DNA from: Candidatus Kerfeldbacteria bacterium
GTDB taxonomy: Bacteria; Patescibacteriota; Patescibacteriia; UBA9570; XYC2-FULL-38-9
NCBI GenBank assembly: GCA_043813585.1
Contig: JBDRKW010000020.1
Coordinates: 193,185-257,184 of the forward strand
DNA: 64,000 nucleotides
Direction: 5' to 3'
Positions 11,385 through 22,392 of this stretch are shown here, piece by piece (position 1 is the stretch's first letter; every line of letters starts with the position of its first letter). The notes under the pieces were generated by a model. That model was not told the origin of the DNA. It was given only the letters and a program-made list of their open reading frames with translations, and ran no database searches. The translations under genes were made by a program, and so were the position numbers.

Positions 11385-12647
11385 TTAAAATAAATAACGA
11401 ATCCAAATGTATGCTGATGACAGCACCATTGTTATTATCATGACAGAAAAACCGATTTTAAAGAAGTCTCTGAATGTGAGCTTGTACCCTGCCTTTTCCG
11501 CAATGCCCGCACCGACAAGGTTGGCAGAAGCTCCCACCAAAGTGCCGTTGCCGCCCATGTCCGCACCGATTGCCAGTACCCACCATAACAATTGCGTGTT
11601 AACTCCGGACTCGCCCAGCTCATGGACAAGCGGAATCATGGTTGCGACAAACGGAATATTATCAATAAACGCGGAAAAAATTGCAGATCCCCACAGAATG
11701 GAAAAAATCATTGCATTCGGAGACCCTTGCGTGACATTGAGCAACTGTTGTGCAAGCACATCGATAAATCCGACATGCTCGATCCCGGCAACCAATACAA
11801 AAAGACCGGCAAAAAATAATATAGTCGTCCATTCAAGCTCTTTAAGGATTTCTTCCGGGTGGATATCAGAAATCACCAGCAGAAGCGCAGCGCCAAACAA
11901 CGCAACAGTGGCAGGTTCAAGATGAAGAAACCCATGCACCAAGAAACCCACGATCGTAAGCCCAAGCGCAATGAGCGACTTTATCAGTAATTTTTTATCC
12001 TTGATAGACGTCGAGGTATCAAACGCCATAATGCTTTGCTGCCGTTCTTTGGTGGTATGAAGATGCTTTCTATATATTAGGTATAAAAAGAAAAGTACAA
12101 ACGGCGTGAGAATAAGAATAAGCGGCCCTAAATTGATTACAAAATCCAAAAAGGTCAATCCGGCTGCAGATCCTATGAGGATATTCGGAGGGTCGCCGAT
12201 CAACGTAGCCGTACCGCCGATGTTGGACATAATGATCTCTGTAATCAGCAGCGGAAGCGGATTCATTCTTAAGTTGTTCGCAATAACAAACGTAACCGGT
12301 GCAATCAATAAAATAGTCGTCACATTATCGAGAAGCGCAGAAAAAACCGCCGTGATAACCGCGAAAAAAATAAAAATAAGCACCGGCTCGCCTTTTGCCA
12401 GCTTTGCAGAACGAATCGCAACATATTCAAAAAGCCCGGTCTTTTTCGTAATCAGCACAATAATCATCATGCCGATCAGCAAACCGATGGTATTGAAGTC
12501 GATCGCCTCAAATGCCTCTTCCTGGTTCAGGATGCCGAGCAGCACCATCAGCACACCACCGGCAAGCGCAACAGCTGTACGATGGATCCGCTCGGATACA
12601 ATAATTGCGTACGCAACGAGAAAAAGGATAACTGCAAGATAGAACAT
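11385..12647 (-). CDS. ArsB/NhaD (ion transporter superfamily) permease
   Basis: SALLDNVTT, SNIGGTATLIGDPPN, SAFIDNIPFV, GGNGTLVGASAN; about 12 TM helices. Confidence 0.88.
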   Translation of the reverse strand: MFYLAVILFLVAYAIIVSERIHRTAVALAGGVLMVLLGILNQEEAFEAIDFNTIGLLIGMMIIVLITKKTGLFEYVAIRSAKLAKGEPVLIFIFFAVITAVFSALLDNVTTILLIAPVTFVIANNLRMNPLPLLITEIIMSNIGGTATLIGDPPNILIGSAAGLTFLDFVINLGPLILILTPFVLFFLYLIYRKHLHTTKERQQSIMAFDTSTSIKDKKLLIKSLIALGLTIVGFLVHGFLHLEPATVALFGAALLLVISDIHPEEILKELEWTTILFFAGLFVLVAGIEHVGFIDVLAQQLLNVTQGSPNAMIFSILWGSAIFSAFIDNIPFVATMIPLVHELGESGVNTQLLWWVLAIGADMGGNGTLVGASANLVGAGIAEKAGYKLTFRDFFKIGFSVMIITMVLSSAYIWIRYLF

Positions 12648-12650
12648 AGT

Positions 12651-13124
12651 TTACTTTGATTCCGGATCGTCCTTAATACTCACAAGCGATGCCATTGCCC
12701 GTTTTATGTCAGTCCGCGATACAAGCCCGGCCAGCTCGCCTTTTTCATCAACAACCGGGATATACCGAAAATCATGTTTCGATGCCAAGGCCGCAGCAAT
12801 TATCATCCGGTCATCTTCCTTTACGGAAATCCCGTTCAAGTCCACCATCATATCCTTCACCTTCTTATGCAGCGATTTTGACAACGCTTTATAAAATACG
12901 CCATCCGGCTCAAAGCGCGCCAGGTCAGGATTTTCCAGCAGATACGATGGCACCATGTTTTTTATCAACATAAACGAATCGATCGCTCCAAGCGGTTTGT
13001 TATCCTTGTCGACAACAATCAAACCGTTCGTTTTATGCTCGATCATCGCTTCCAGAGCCTCACGAAAATCAGCTGAAGGGCTGATGGTGTAGACATTTCG
13101 TCGAATATGTTCGCTAACTAGCAT
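12651..13124 (-). CDS. CBS-domain pair protein
   Basis: Two CBS repeats (GLIVVDKDNKPLGAI; IPVVDEKGELAGLVSRTDI). Confidence 0.88.
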   Translation of the reverse strand: MLVSEHIRRNVYTISPSADFREALEAMIEHKTNGLIVVDKDNKPLGAIDSFMLIKNMVPSYLLENPDLARFEPDGVFYKALSKSLHKKVKDMMVDLNGISVKEDDRMIIAAALASKHDFRYIPVVDEKGELAGLVSRTDIKRAMASLVSIKDDPESK

Positions 13125-13210
13125 ACTTTTTCTTTATTTAGTATTCTTCTCATGATAGTGCGAAGAACTAAGAATGTAAAGCGGGAAACCCCCAAAAAAT
13201 GGGGTTTTTG

Positions 13211-13219
13211 TTATCCACA
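13211..13219 (+). promoter_or_regulatory. Consensus DnaA-box sequence
   Basis: TTATCCACA in the divergent intergenic region; single copy. Confidence 0.3.
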
Positions 13220-13239
13220 CGATAATAAAAAAAGCACTA

Positions 13240-13268
13240 TTGACGTCTGCCGGGCAACTCTGTAGAAT
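13240..13268 (+). promoter_or_regulatory. Sigma70 promoter of the V/A-ATPase operon
   Basis: TTGACG-17 nt-TAGAAT, preceded by an A-rich tract. Confidence 0.75.
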
Positions 13269-13334
13269 AGACGCGGTTTGTCGCTAAAAACCAAAGCGCA
13301 GACAACTCTTGATAGTTGACTAATAATAAAAAAT

Positions 13335-13658
13335 ATGGCTGAAAATACATCGATTGTCGACCAAATTCGCGGGCAGGAACAGAAGAGTGAGGAAGCTATT
13401 GAAAAAGCAAAAGATGGCATCGAATTGGAGTTGCAGGATATGAGAATGGAGCATGAAAAAAGCCTTGGACAACTTGAAGAAGCAATAAAAAATGAAAAGG
13501 TTGCGATCCTGGAAACAGCAAAAGGATCTATTCAAAAGAAAAAGACGGCATCTGAAAAGAATCAAAAAACGCTGCTTGAAACGATCAATAATATATCTGC
13601 TAAAGATATAGATGCAGCAGCTGATATTGTTACTGCATCAATCCTTGAGCAGGCATAA
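13335..13658 (+). CDS. V/A-type ATPase peripheral stalk subunit G/H
   Basis: 107-aa charged helical protein, first gene of the operon. Confidence 0.7.
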   Translation: MAENTSIVDQIRGQEQKSEEAIEKAKDGIELELQDMRMEHEKSLGQLEEAIKNEKVAILETAKGSIQKKKTASEKNQKTLLETINNISAKDIDAAADIVTASILEQA

Positions 13659-13669
13659 CTACTGTTACT

Positions 13670-15622
13670 ATGGCCGTCAGTGAAGTCCAAAAAATACAGC
13701 TCGTCGCCCTCTCTAAATACAGAGACGGTATTATTGAGTTGCTCCAGGATATGGAGACTGTCGAGCTTATCGGTGAAACCGGCCATGAGGCGCTTATTCA
13801 GTCGCTTGAATATGATATTGCCCAGATTGACTTTGCAGTCCAGTTGATCGGCGAACACTACGAGGAAAAAATACCTTTTTTACAGAAACTCCGCGGTAAT
13901 AAGATTGAGATTACCAAGGAAGAGATGAAGAACGTGGTTGAAACTTTTGATTATAAAAAAATTACTGACGAGCTGACAGAAATCGATGCGAAATTGACTG
14001 AAGCCCGCAATATTATTTCAAAGGCCGGGGAGGAAATTGAGCTGCTGACCCCCTGGATCGCCTTACAAGTTTCACCGGTAGAATTTGAAAAAACTTCGTT
14101 AACCGGTGTTGTTCTCGGCATTTTTAAAACGGAGCAGTTCGACGAATTCAAGCAGAAAATCGCTGCGGTTTCATCGGAAATCGAAATCAATGTCGTATCG
14201 AAAAACGAAAAGTCGCTCTATGTGATGATTGTATTTTCAAATTCAGTCGGAGAAAAAATTACGCAACTTCTTGATGAAACAGATTTTGAAATGACCGACC
14301 TGCCGTATATTGAAGATCTTCCGAAAAACATCCTGGCAGAACTGAAAGAAAATATTGAAACAGCAAAAAAATCAGCTAAGGAATTTGAGGAAAAAATAAA
14401 GCACTACGGTTCGGAACTGTACCAGCTGCGCGTTGTTCGTGATTTCCTTTCATGGCAAAAGACCCAGAAGGAAACAGAACGATATATTGAAACTACAAAA
14501 AAATCATTCATCCTCCGGTTCTGGGTAGAAAAACGAAACCTCAAGATTCTTGAAAAGCACCTGACGAAAATCACGAATAATTACGTGCTAACCGAACTTG
14601 AACTGGACGAAGAAGAAGACATTCCAGTTCCGCTGCGAAACAGCGCACTATTCTCGCCATTTGAATCTGTCACCAACATCTACGGCGTACCGCGCAACAA
14701 TGAACCGGACCCTACGCCGTTTCTGGCCCCGTTTTTTGTGGTGTACTTCGGCCTGGCGCTTACGGACGCCGCATACGGTATTATGCTGGCACTTGGCGCA
14801 TTCCTTGCAATCAAAATACTAAAAATTCCAAAGCAGAATCAAAAACTCTTCAAAGTACTGATCTGGGGCGGTATTTCAACGTTCATTCTTGGCGCGTTAT
14901 TCGGGGGCTGGTTCGGAATTGATATTAATGTTGACAACCCTGTAGCAGACGCGCTCCGTTCAATCCGCATCCTTGATCCGCTCGCAAATCCAATTACTGT
15001 TCTCTTACTCACGCTTGTGCTTGGTATTTTCCAGGTCATGGTTGGCATCGGAATTAAAGGATGGTGGCTGATCAAGCAAAAAAATGTAAAGGACGCCATA
15101 ATGGATTCCGGCGTCTGGCTCTTCTTCCTCGGCAGCGCCTGCCTCTGGATTTTGGCAAACCAGGGAATCCTTCCTGACAGCACGCAACAAATCTTTCTCT
15201 ACATGATTTTGGCCGGCGTACTCGCACTCGTGGCAACGCAGGGCCGCAATAACAAGAATCCGTTCATGAAAATCCTCATGGGAATCGGCAGCCTGTACGG
15301 CCTGGTCGGTTATTTTTCCGATGTCCTCTCCTACTCCCGTCTGCTGGCGCTTGGCCTTTCAACGGCAATTATCGCTTCTGTCGTAAACCTTGTCGCGTTT
15401 TTGTTTAAGGATATGATTCCATGGGCCCCTCTGGGATGGGTCATCGCCATAGTCATTCTGATCGGCGGACATATTTTCAACCTGGCGATTAACGTCCTCG
15501 GCGCATACATCCATTCCGGACGTCTGCAGTTTGTTGAATTCTTCCCAAAATTTATGGAGGGCGGCGGCCGCCGTTTCAGGCCGTTGGCAAAAGAAAGCAA
15601 ATACGTCAGGCTGGTGGACTAA
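13670..15622 (+). CDS. ntpI: V/A-type ATPase subunit I (a)
   Basis: EPDPTP, DAAYG, SDVLSYSRLLALGL, HSGRLQFVEFFPKF. Confidence 0.95.
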   Translation: MAVSEVQKIQLVALSKYRDGIIELLQDMETVELIGETGHEALIQSLEYDIAQIDFAVQLIGEHYEEKIPFLQKLRGNKIEITKEEMKNVVETFDYKKITDELTEIDAKLTEARNIISKAGEEIELLTPWIALQVSPVEFEKTSLTGVVLGIFKTEQFDEFKQKIAAVSSEIEINVVSKNEKSLYVMIVFSNSVGEKITQLLDETDFEMTDLPYIEDLPKNILAELKENIETAKKSAKEFEEKIKHYGSELYQLRVVRDFLSWQKTQKETERYIETTKKSFILRFWVEKRNLKILEKHLTKITNNYVLTELELDEEEDIPVPLRNSALFSPFESVTNIYGVPRNNEPDPTPFLAPFFVVYFGLALTDAAYGIMLALGAFLAIKILKIPKQNQKLFKVLIWGGISTFILGALFGGWFGIDINVDNPVADALRSIRILDPLANPITVLLLTLVLGIFQVMVGIGIKGWWLIKQKNVKDAIMDSGVWLFFLGSACLWILANQGILPDSTQQIFLYMILAGVLALVATQGRNNKNPFMKILMGIGSLYGLVGYFSDVLSYSRLLALGLSTAIIASVVNLVAFLFKDMIPWAPLGWVIAIVILIGGHIFNLAINVLGAYIHSGRLQFVEFFPKFMEGGGRRFRPLAKESKYVRLVD

Positions 15623-15711
15623 CACCGGCACCTGATTTCTGTCTGTGACGCTGTCGCTGCCAGAAACCAGGTTTGACGCCTGGAAACGATCTAAATAACA
15701 AGATTAATTAA

Positions 15712-16197
<486 letters not shown>

Positions 16198-16201
16198 CCC
16201 G

Positions 16202-16771
16202 ATGGCTCTCAGCAACATTCTTCAGACAATTGAAGAAGACACGCAGAAGCAGATCGAGGAATTGAAAAAGGAAGGCGAACAGCGCAAAACAGAACTCCGC
16301 AAGGAACTGAACGCTGAAACGGAAAAGAAGAAGAAAGAACTGCTCGCCAAATTCGACCAGCGCGCGTCAAAAAAAATCGCCCAGGCATCGTGGGAATTTT
16401 CTTCACGCACCCAGACAGCGGTGCTGAAGAAGAAACAGGCGGTCCTGGATTCGGTATTCGACAAAGCGCTGAAGAATCTGGCTGACCTTCCCGAGAAACA
16501 ATACGTTGATGTGGTTGCATCGATGTTCAAGTCGCTCCCGAAAATGGAAAAGGGCGCAGAAGTGCTTTCAGCCAAGGGGAAGGAAAGCGCAACAAAAAAC
16601 TCTGCCGAAAAAGCGGGCGTATCAATCACCTTCTCCAAGGACACACTCGACAGTACCGGCGGCTTCATCGTCAAAGGCAAGGAAGTCAACATCGATATGA
16701 CCTTCGAAGCGCTGTTGCGCGCGTACCGTTCAGACCACGAGACCGATATTGCTTCTAAGCTGTTCGCATAA
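16202..16771 (+). CDS. ntpE: V/A-type ATPase subunit E
   Basis: MALSNIL start, coiled-coil N-terminus, GGFIV...IDMTFE; operon position. Confidence 0.88.
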   Translation: MALSNILQTIEEDTQKQIEELKKEGEQRKTELRKELNAETEKKKKELLAKFDQRASKKIAQASWEFSSRTQTAVLKKKQAVLDSVFDKALKNLADLPEKQYVDVVASMFKSLPKMEKGAEVLSAKGKESATKNSAEKAGVSITFSKDTLDSTGGFIVKGKEVNIDMTFEALLRAYRSDHETDIASKLFA

Positions 16772-16777
16772 CGACCT

Positions 16778-17749
16778 ATGTCTCTCTATTCATTTCTCAC
16801 GGGTAAAATCCGGGTTCTGGAAAAGGACCTTCTGAACCAGATGGACGTCGACCGCATGGTCGATGCCCCGGATTTTGACGCTGCGTTCAAGGCGCTGAAT
16901 GACACGGACTACGGCTCGCATCTTCTGAATGTTGACCCTACGCAGTTCAAACAGGCGCTGGATTCGGAAACGCGCAGCGTCCGCGACCTGATGCTCCAAT
17001 GGATTGAAGAGCCGGCGCTGCTTGAATTCATGTTCATTAAGTTTGATGCGCATAACATCAAGCTTTACCTTAAGGCAAAAACAACCGGACAGGATGCCGC
17101 GATAACCGACGAATATGCCTCTCCTTCCGGCCTGACAGATCCTTCGCTCATTAAGAAGATTATTCTCGATGACGATTCTGAAACGGTGATCCATCCGACA
17201 ACCGATCAGATGTGGAAAGAAGTGCGCGACCGTCTCGGCAGCGAACCTACCGGATTCCAAATCGACTCTGTTGTGGACCTGGTCATGTTCGAAATCATGA
17301 ACGAGCGGGTGAACAAGGTTCCCGGTCCAATTGTCCGCCACCTCTACCAGATCCAGCGCGAAACTGCACTGGTGAAAACATTTGTCCGCGGCAAACTCCT
17401 GGGCACGCCGGCTGCAGAACTGAAACTCGTATTGCCGGATGAGTACCTGAAGCACTATGACCTCGATCTTGAACAGGCTGCGGAAATTCTGCCGATTGAA
17501 GTAAAGGTAAAAAAGGCGCTCGTGAACTACATCGAGAACAAGAGGCTCTGGGAATTTGAAAAGGAGCTGGAAGAAGCAGAACTCGCGGTTATCCGCGAGG
17601 CAAAATATGCGACATCCGGCCCGATGCCGGCGGTTGGCTACTTCTATGCCAAGCAAAGCGCCGTGCGCAACCTCCGCATGATTCTGACCGCCAAGATGAA
17701 CGGCATTCCGGCTGAAGAAATTAAACCGCGGGTCCGCCAACTCTACTAA
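16778..17749 (+). CDS. ntpC: V/A-type ATPase subunit C (d)
   Basis: KIRVLEKDLL, FDAHNIK, VRNLRMILTAKMNG, RVRQLY. Confidence 0.9.
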   Translation: MSLYSFLTGKIRVLEKDLLNQMDVDRMVDAPDFDAAFKALNDTDYGSHLLNVDPTQFKQALDSETRSVRDLMLQWIEEPALLEFMFIKFDAHNIKLYLKAKTTGQDAAITDEYASPSGLTDPSLIKKIILDDDSETVIHPTTDQMWKEVRDRLGSEPTGFQIDSVVDLVMFEIMNERVNKVPGPIVRHLYQIQRETALVKTFVRGKLLGTPAAELKLVLPDEYLKHYDLDLEQAAEILPIEVKVKKALVNYIENKRLWEFEKELEEAELAVIREAKYATSGPMPAVGYFYAKQSAVRNLRMILTAKMNGIPAEEIKPRVRQLY

Positions 17750-17750
17750 T

Positions 17751-18071
17751 ATGAAAGACTATAAAATCGCCATTATCGGAACGCACGACTCCGTCCTTGG
17801 GTTCAAAGGGCTTGGGTTGGATGTGTTTGGCATTTCGTCAGAAGAAGAAGGCGAGCAGACGCTGAAACAGCTGGAACAATCAAACGACTATGCGGTCCTC
17901 TTCATTACGGAAGACTGGGTGCCGCGTCTTGAAAAATCATTAAGCAAATTCGAAGGCCGGGCGCTGCCCGCAATCCTCCCGATCCCGTCCCAAAAAGGCG
18001 CGACCGGAGAAGGCATTAAAAACCTTTCGCGGATTGTGGAGCAAGCAGTCGGTTCGGATATTATTGGATAG
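17751..18071 (+). CDS. V/A-type ATPase subunit F
   Basis: KIAIIG..DSVLGFKGLG, PAILPIP, VEQAVGSDI. Confidence 0.92.
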   Translation: MKDYKIAIIGTHDSVLGFKGLGLDVFGISSEEEGEQTLKQLEQSNDYAVLFITEDWVPRLEKSLSKFEGRALPAILPIPSQKGATGEGIKNLSRIVEQAVGSDIIG

Positions 18072-18155
18072 GATGTATGGACTCGGAGTGAGTCCAATGA
18101 TGTACATCGAGTCGATACATTCTCTAAAATATCCCAAATAACGATAACTACACAT

Positions 18156-19904
18156 ATGAAGCAAGGAACAATTACAAAAGTAGCAGGAGCGCTCATACTC
18201 GCCGAAGGCATGGCTGATGCGAAGCTGTTCGAGGTGGTAAAAGTATCGGAGGAAAAACTTGTCGGCGAAGTCATTGAGCTTCACGGCGACACCGCATCTA
18301 TCCAGGTATATGAAGAAACAGCAGGCATTGGTCCCGGCGAACCGGTCTACCTCACCGGCCAGTCCCTTTCCGTGGAACTTGGCCCCGGCTTGCTGGAATC
18401 CATCTATGACGGCATTCAGCGGCCGCTCGCCGCTATTGAAGCGCAGGCAGGTCCGTTTATCACACGTGGCATTGAAGCTCCCGGTTTGGACCGCAATCGG
18501 AAATGGAAATTCGTGCCGGTAGTGAAAAAAGGCGATGAGGTCGTCGGCGGCGATGTTCTTGGCACGGTTGATGAAACCACGCTGATTCAGCACAAAGTCA
18601 TGGTACCGCCAACACTGTCCGGCAAAATCAAAGATATTAAGGAAGGTGAATTCACGGTTGAAGATGTGGTTGCCGTTCTGGAATCCGGCGAAGAAATCCA
18701 GATGATGCAGCGGTGGTCAATTCGCGAAGCACGCCCTGTTAAGGAAAAACTGCTGGCAACCGAACCGCTGGTCACCGGCACACGCGTTATCGACACTTTT
18801 TTCCCGATTTTGAAAGGAAGCGCCGGCTGCTCCCCTGGCCCGTTCGGTTCAGGCAAGACCGTGACGCAGCATCAGATCGCAAAATGGTCTGACGCGGACG
18901 TCATTCTGTTTATCGGTTGCGGCGAACGCGGAAATGAAATGACCGACGTGCTGATTGAGTTCCCGGAACTGAAGGACCCGAAATCAGGCGAGCCGCTCAT
19001 GAAGCGCACGATCCTGATCGCTAACACCTCAAACATGCCGGTGGCTGCCCGCGAAGCTTCAGTCTACACCGGTATCACCATCGCCGAATACTACCGCGAT
19101 ATGGGCTATAAAGTCGCCCTCATGGCTGACTCCACATCGCGCTGGGCAGAAGCAATGCGCGAAATGTCCGGACGCCTCGGAGAAATGCCCGGTGAAGAGG
19201 GCTATCCGGCGTATCTTGGCTCGCGCACGGCAGCGTTCTACGAACGTTCCGGTTATGTAAAAACCATCGGTGGCGACGACCGTGAAGGTTCGCTGACTGT
19301 TATTGGAACAGTCTCCCCTCCAGGCGGCGACCTGTCCGAGCCGGTGACGCAGAATACATTGCGCGTTGTCAAAGTTTTCTGGGCGCTTGATGCAACGCTT
19401 GCATACGCACGCCACTATCCGGCAATTAACTGGCTGAACAGCTATTCACTGAACATCGACCAGACAAACGAATATATGGATAAAGAAGGCGGCGACGGTT
19501 TTGTCGCTTACCGGACCGAAGCAATGAAAATCCTGCAGGAAGAAGCGGGGCTTCAGGAAATCGTCCGATTGGTCGGACTTGACTCACTTTCTTACCGGGA
19601 ACAGCTTCTTCTCGAAACCGCGAAACAGATTCGCGAGGACTTCCTGCAACAGAATGCATTTGACGATACAGACGCATTTTCATCCATTAAGAAAATGTAT
19701 CTGATGCTAAAGGCAATCCTGACCTTCTACAGCCACGGCAAGGACGCAGTCGAACGCGGCGTGAGCATCAGCCAGCTGCGCGAACTGCCGGTGACCAAGG
19801 ATATTGCACGAGCAAAGAGCATCCCTGAAGACAAGCTTGGCGACCTGGAGAAGCTGATTGACACCATCAGCTCGTCAGTCGACGCCCTTCAAGCCCAAGA
19901 ATAA
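18156..19904 (+). CDS. ntpA: V/A-type ATPase subunit A (catalytic)
   Basis: GPFGSGKT, GCGERGNEMT, DSTSRWAEAMRE, PGEEGYPAYL. Confidence 0.97.
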   Translation: MKQGTITKVAGALILAEGMADAKLFEVVKVSEEKLVGEVIELHGDTASIQVYEETAGIGPGEPVYLTGQSLSVELGPGLLESIYDGIQRPLAAIEAQAGPFITRGIEAPGLDRNRKWKFVPVVKKGDEVVGGDVLGTVDETTLIQHKVMVPPTLSGKIKDIKEGEFTVEDVVAVLESGEEIQMMQRWSIREARPVKEKLLATEPLVTGTRVIDTFFPILKGSAGCSPGPFGSGKTVTQHQIAKWSDADVILFIGCGERGNEMTDVLIEFPELKDPKSGEPLMKRTILIANTSNMPVAAREASVYTGITIAEYYRDMGYKVALMADSTSRWAEAMREMSGRLGEMPGEEGYPAYLGSRTAAFYERSGYVKTIGGDDREGSLTVIGTVSPPGGDLSEPVTQNTLRVVKVFWALDATLAYARHYPAINWLNSYSLNIDQTNEYMDKEGGDGFVAYRTEAMKILQEEAGLQEIVRLVGLDSLSYREQLLLETAKQIREDFLQQNAFDDTDAFSSIKKMYLMLKAILTFYSHGKDAVERGVSISQLRELPVTKDIARAKSIPEDKLGDLEKLIDTISSSVDALQAQE

Positions 19905-19922
19905 GTAAACAGATTCACATAT

Positions 19923-21323
19923 ATGGAAAAACAGTACAAAACAATCAGAGATGCGGCCGGCCCGCTCGTTGTGGTGGACAAAGTCGCAGATGTGAAATAC
20001 GAGGAGCTTGTCGACATTGAAATGCAGGACGGCAGCATGAAGCGCGGCCGCGTGCTTGAAATCGATAAGGATCGCGCCGTCGTGCAGATGTTTGAAGACA
20101 CGCGCGATATCAACCTTGAAGGTTCAACAGCAACCTTCCTGGGAAAAACCATGGACATCGGCGTTTCGCCGGACATGCTTGGCCGTGTATTCAACGGTTC
20201 CGGCAACCCGAAAGACGGCGGACCGGCTATTATTCCGGAAAAGAAGCTCGACATTAACGGCGCTCCGATCAATCCGTATTCCCGCAACTTCCCGAGCGAC
20301 TTTATCCAAACCGGCGTATCTGCCATTGACGGCATGACTACGCTCGTGCGCGGACAGAAGCTGCCGGTATTCTCCGGCGCCGGCCTACCGCATAACGAAC
20401 TAACAGCGCAAATCGCCAGGCAGGCAAAAGTCGTTTCATTCAACGACAAAGGCGAACAGACGGACAGCGACCAGAAATTCGCCGTGGTATTCGGCGCCAT
20501 GGGCGTGACGTTTGAAGAGGCGCAATTCTTCATCAACGAATTCAAGGAGACAGGCGCTATTGAACGCGCAGTGGTCTACATCAACCTGGCAGATGATCCT
20601 GTGGTTGAGCGCATTACCCTGCCCCGCATTGCCCTGACAACGGCAGAATACCTTGCTTACGAAAAAGACATGCACGTATTGGTCATTTTGACCGACCTTA
20701 CCAACTATTGCGAGGCGCTGCGTGAAATTTCCGCCGCTCGCAAGGAAATCCCTGGCCGCCGCGGTTATCCGGGCTACCTCTACACCGACCTTGCAACACT
20801 GTATGAACGTGCAGGACGCATTAAAGGCAAAGAAGGCTCGGTAACCCAGATTCCTATCCTGACGATGCCTGAAGACGATAAAACGCATCCGATCCCTGAC
20901 CTTACCGGGTATATTACCGAAGGACAGGTCATGATTTCGCGCGAATTGCATAAGAAGGACCTCTATCCGGCCATTGACGTACTGCCGTCGCTGTCCCGCC
21001 TGATGCAGGGCGTGGCCGGCAAGGTAACGCGCGAAGACCACGCAAACGTCAAAGACCAGCTGTTTGCGGCATACGCCCGCGGCAAGGAAGCGCGCGAACT
21101 CGCCATCATTCTCGGTGAAGCCGCATTATCGGACGCTGACAAGAAATATGTTGAATTTGCCGAACGGTTCGAGAAGGAATATATGGCGCAGGACCGCGAC
21201 ACCGACCGGTCGCTGACTGAAACGCTGAATATCTCGTGGGATCTCCTGTCGATCCTTCCAAAGTCAGAACTGAAGCGCGTGAAGGAAGAATTCATCGAAA
21301 AATACGGCAAGGCTAGCAAATAA
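19923..21323 (+). CDS. ntpB: V/A-type ATPase subunit B
   Basis: [37 protein letters not shown]. Confidence 0.97.
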   Translation: MEKQYKTIRDAAGPLVVVDKVADVKYEELVDIEMQDGSMKRGRVLEIDKDRAVVQMFEDTRDINLEGSTATFLGKTMDIGVSPDMLGRVFNGSGNPKDGGPAIIPEKKLDINGAPINPYSRNFPSDFIQTGVSAIDGMTTLVRGQKLPVFSGAGLPHNELTAQIARQAKVVSFNDKGEQTDSDQKFAVVFGAMGVTFEEAQFFINEFKETGAIERAVVYINLADDPVVERITLPRIALTTAEYLAYEKDMHVLVILTDLTNYCEALREISAARKEIPGRRGYPGYLYTDLATLYERAGRIKGKEGSVTQIPILTMPEDDKTHPIPDLTGYITEGQVMISRELHKKDLYPAIDVLPSLSRLMQGVAGKVTREDHANVKDQLFAAYARGKEARELAIILGEAALSDADKKYVEFAERFEKEYMAQDRDTDRSLTETLNISWDLLSILPKSELKRVKEEFIEKYGKASK

Positions 21324-21325
21324 CA

Positions 21326-21985
21326 ATGGCTCAATTATTGAACGTTAATCCAACCCGCCAGGAGCTCCTGAAGCTGAAGCGCAAACGGAAAATGGCCGTG
21401 CGCGGCCACAAGCTGCTTAAGGAAAAACGCGACGGCCTGATGAAGCAGTTCATGGCGATTATCCGCGAGGCGAAGGAGCTGCGCGGAAACATGGAAGAAA
21501 CGCTCGGCGAGGCGTTCAAGAGCTTTGTATTTGCCTCTGCTGTCATGCGTTCAGACGCAATGGAAGAGGCGCTGTCCATGCCTGCAAAAAAGGTGACGCT
21601 GCAGTCGGAGACCAAGAATGTCATGAGCGTCAACATCCCGCAGTTCGAGTATAAGGAAGAAGGCGGATTCCTATCATACTCGCTTGGAACCACCGCTTCC
21701 GACCTTGATGATTCCCTGAATACGTTCAATGATGCGCTGAAAGGCATGGTGAAGCTCGCGGAGATTGAACATTCGGCAAAATTGCTGGCAGAAGAGATCG
21801 AAAAAACGCGCCGACGTGTGAACGCCCTTGAATACGTTTTTATACCGCAAATCGTGGATACGATTAAATATATCCAGGCCAAGCTGAACGAACAGGAGCG
21901 CGGCACGATTGTCACCATGATGAAAGTTAAAGACATTCTCAACCAACAGGAACAGAAAGAAAAAGAGGCAAAGCAAGCCGCGTAA
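21326..21985 (+). CDS. ntpD: V/A-type ATPase subunit D
   Basis: NPTRQEL, RGHKLLKEKRDGL, EIEKTRRRVNALE. Confidence 0.95.
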   Translation: MAQLLNVNPTRQELLKLKRKRKMAVRGHKLLKEKRDGLMKQFMAIIREAKELRGNMEETLGEAFKSFVFASAVMRSDAMEEALSMPAKKVTLQSETKNVMSVNIPQFEYKEEGGFLSYSLGTTASDLDDSLNTFNDALKGMVKLAEIEHSAKLLAEEIEKTRRRVNALEYVFIPQIVDTIKYIQAKLNEQERGTIVTMMKVKDILNQQEQKEKEAKQAA

Positions 21986-22005
21986 AAGAGCGCCAGACGC
22001 AATTC

Positions 22006-22029
22006 AAAAACCGCCTTGTGGGCGGTTTT
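22006..22029. terminator. Bidirectional intrinsic terminator
   Basis: AAAAACCGCC-TTGTG-GGCGGTTTT between convergent genes. Confidence 0.85.
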
Positions 22030-22036
22030 CTAGTAC

Positions 22037-22390
22037 CTATTGGTCAGATATGACCGAGCCGACCGGATATGAGCTAACGACTTTCCTGTCCCTGGAAACG
22101 AGACAACGAAACTTCTCTTCGCCCTCAAGCTGTACAACCAGAACTGGTTGCGTTACTTTGCTTAAATCCTTGTCTGGATCAGTACGAAACTCGACTGGTA
22201 TCTGACCACTCTTATCATACCTCGCCGCATAATCTGCCTCTGCATACCCGATAACTTCACCCTTCCTTCCAGCATAATCGCCTGTCAGCTGTATCTGTGA
22301 ACCGACTGGGTATTCACGCCGAAGTGCCATCGCCTTTGATTCGGTGAAGGTATCGCTCTCTGGCCCTCGCTTCTTTTTGTACATAATCAT
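22037..22390 (-). CDS. Hypothetical protein with a KOW/SH3-like segment
   Basis: 117-aa ORF filling the gap, 2 nt after the upstream stop; GSQIQLTGDYAGRKGEVIGY. Confidence 0.6.
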   Translation of the reverse strand: MIMYKKKRGPESDTFTESKAMALRREYPVGSQIQLTGDYAGRKGEVIGYAEADYAARYDKSGQIPVEFRTDPDKDLSKVTQPVLVVQLEGEEKFRCLVSRDRKVVSSYPVGSVISDQ

Positions 22391-22392
22391 AT

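Noticed and set aside
13125-13334. Possible replication origin
   Set aside because: Only one DnaA box, no box cluster, and no dnaA or dnaN nearby.
16790-17740. 316-aa antisense ORF, plus similar long antisense ORFs over ATPase A, B and D, copA and typA
   Set aside because: They mirror well-supported genes on the opposite strand and are explained by codon bias.
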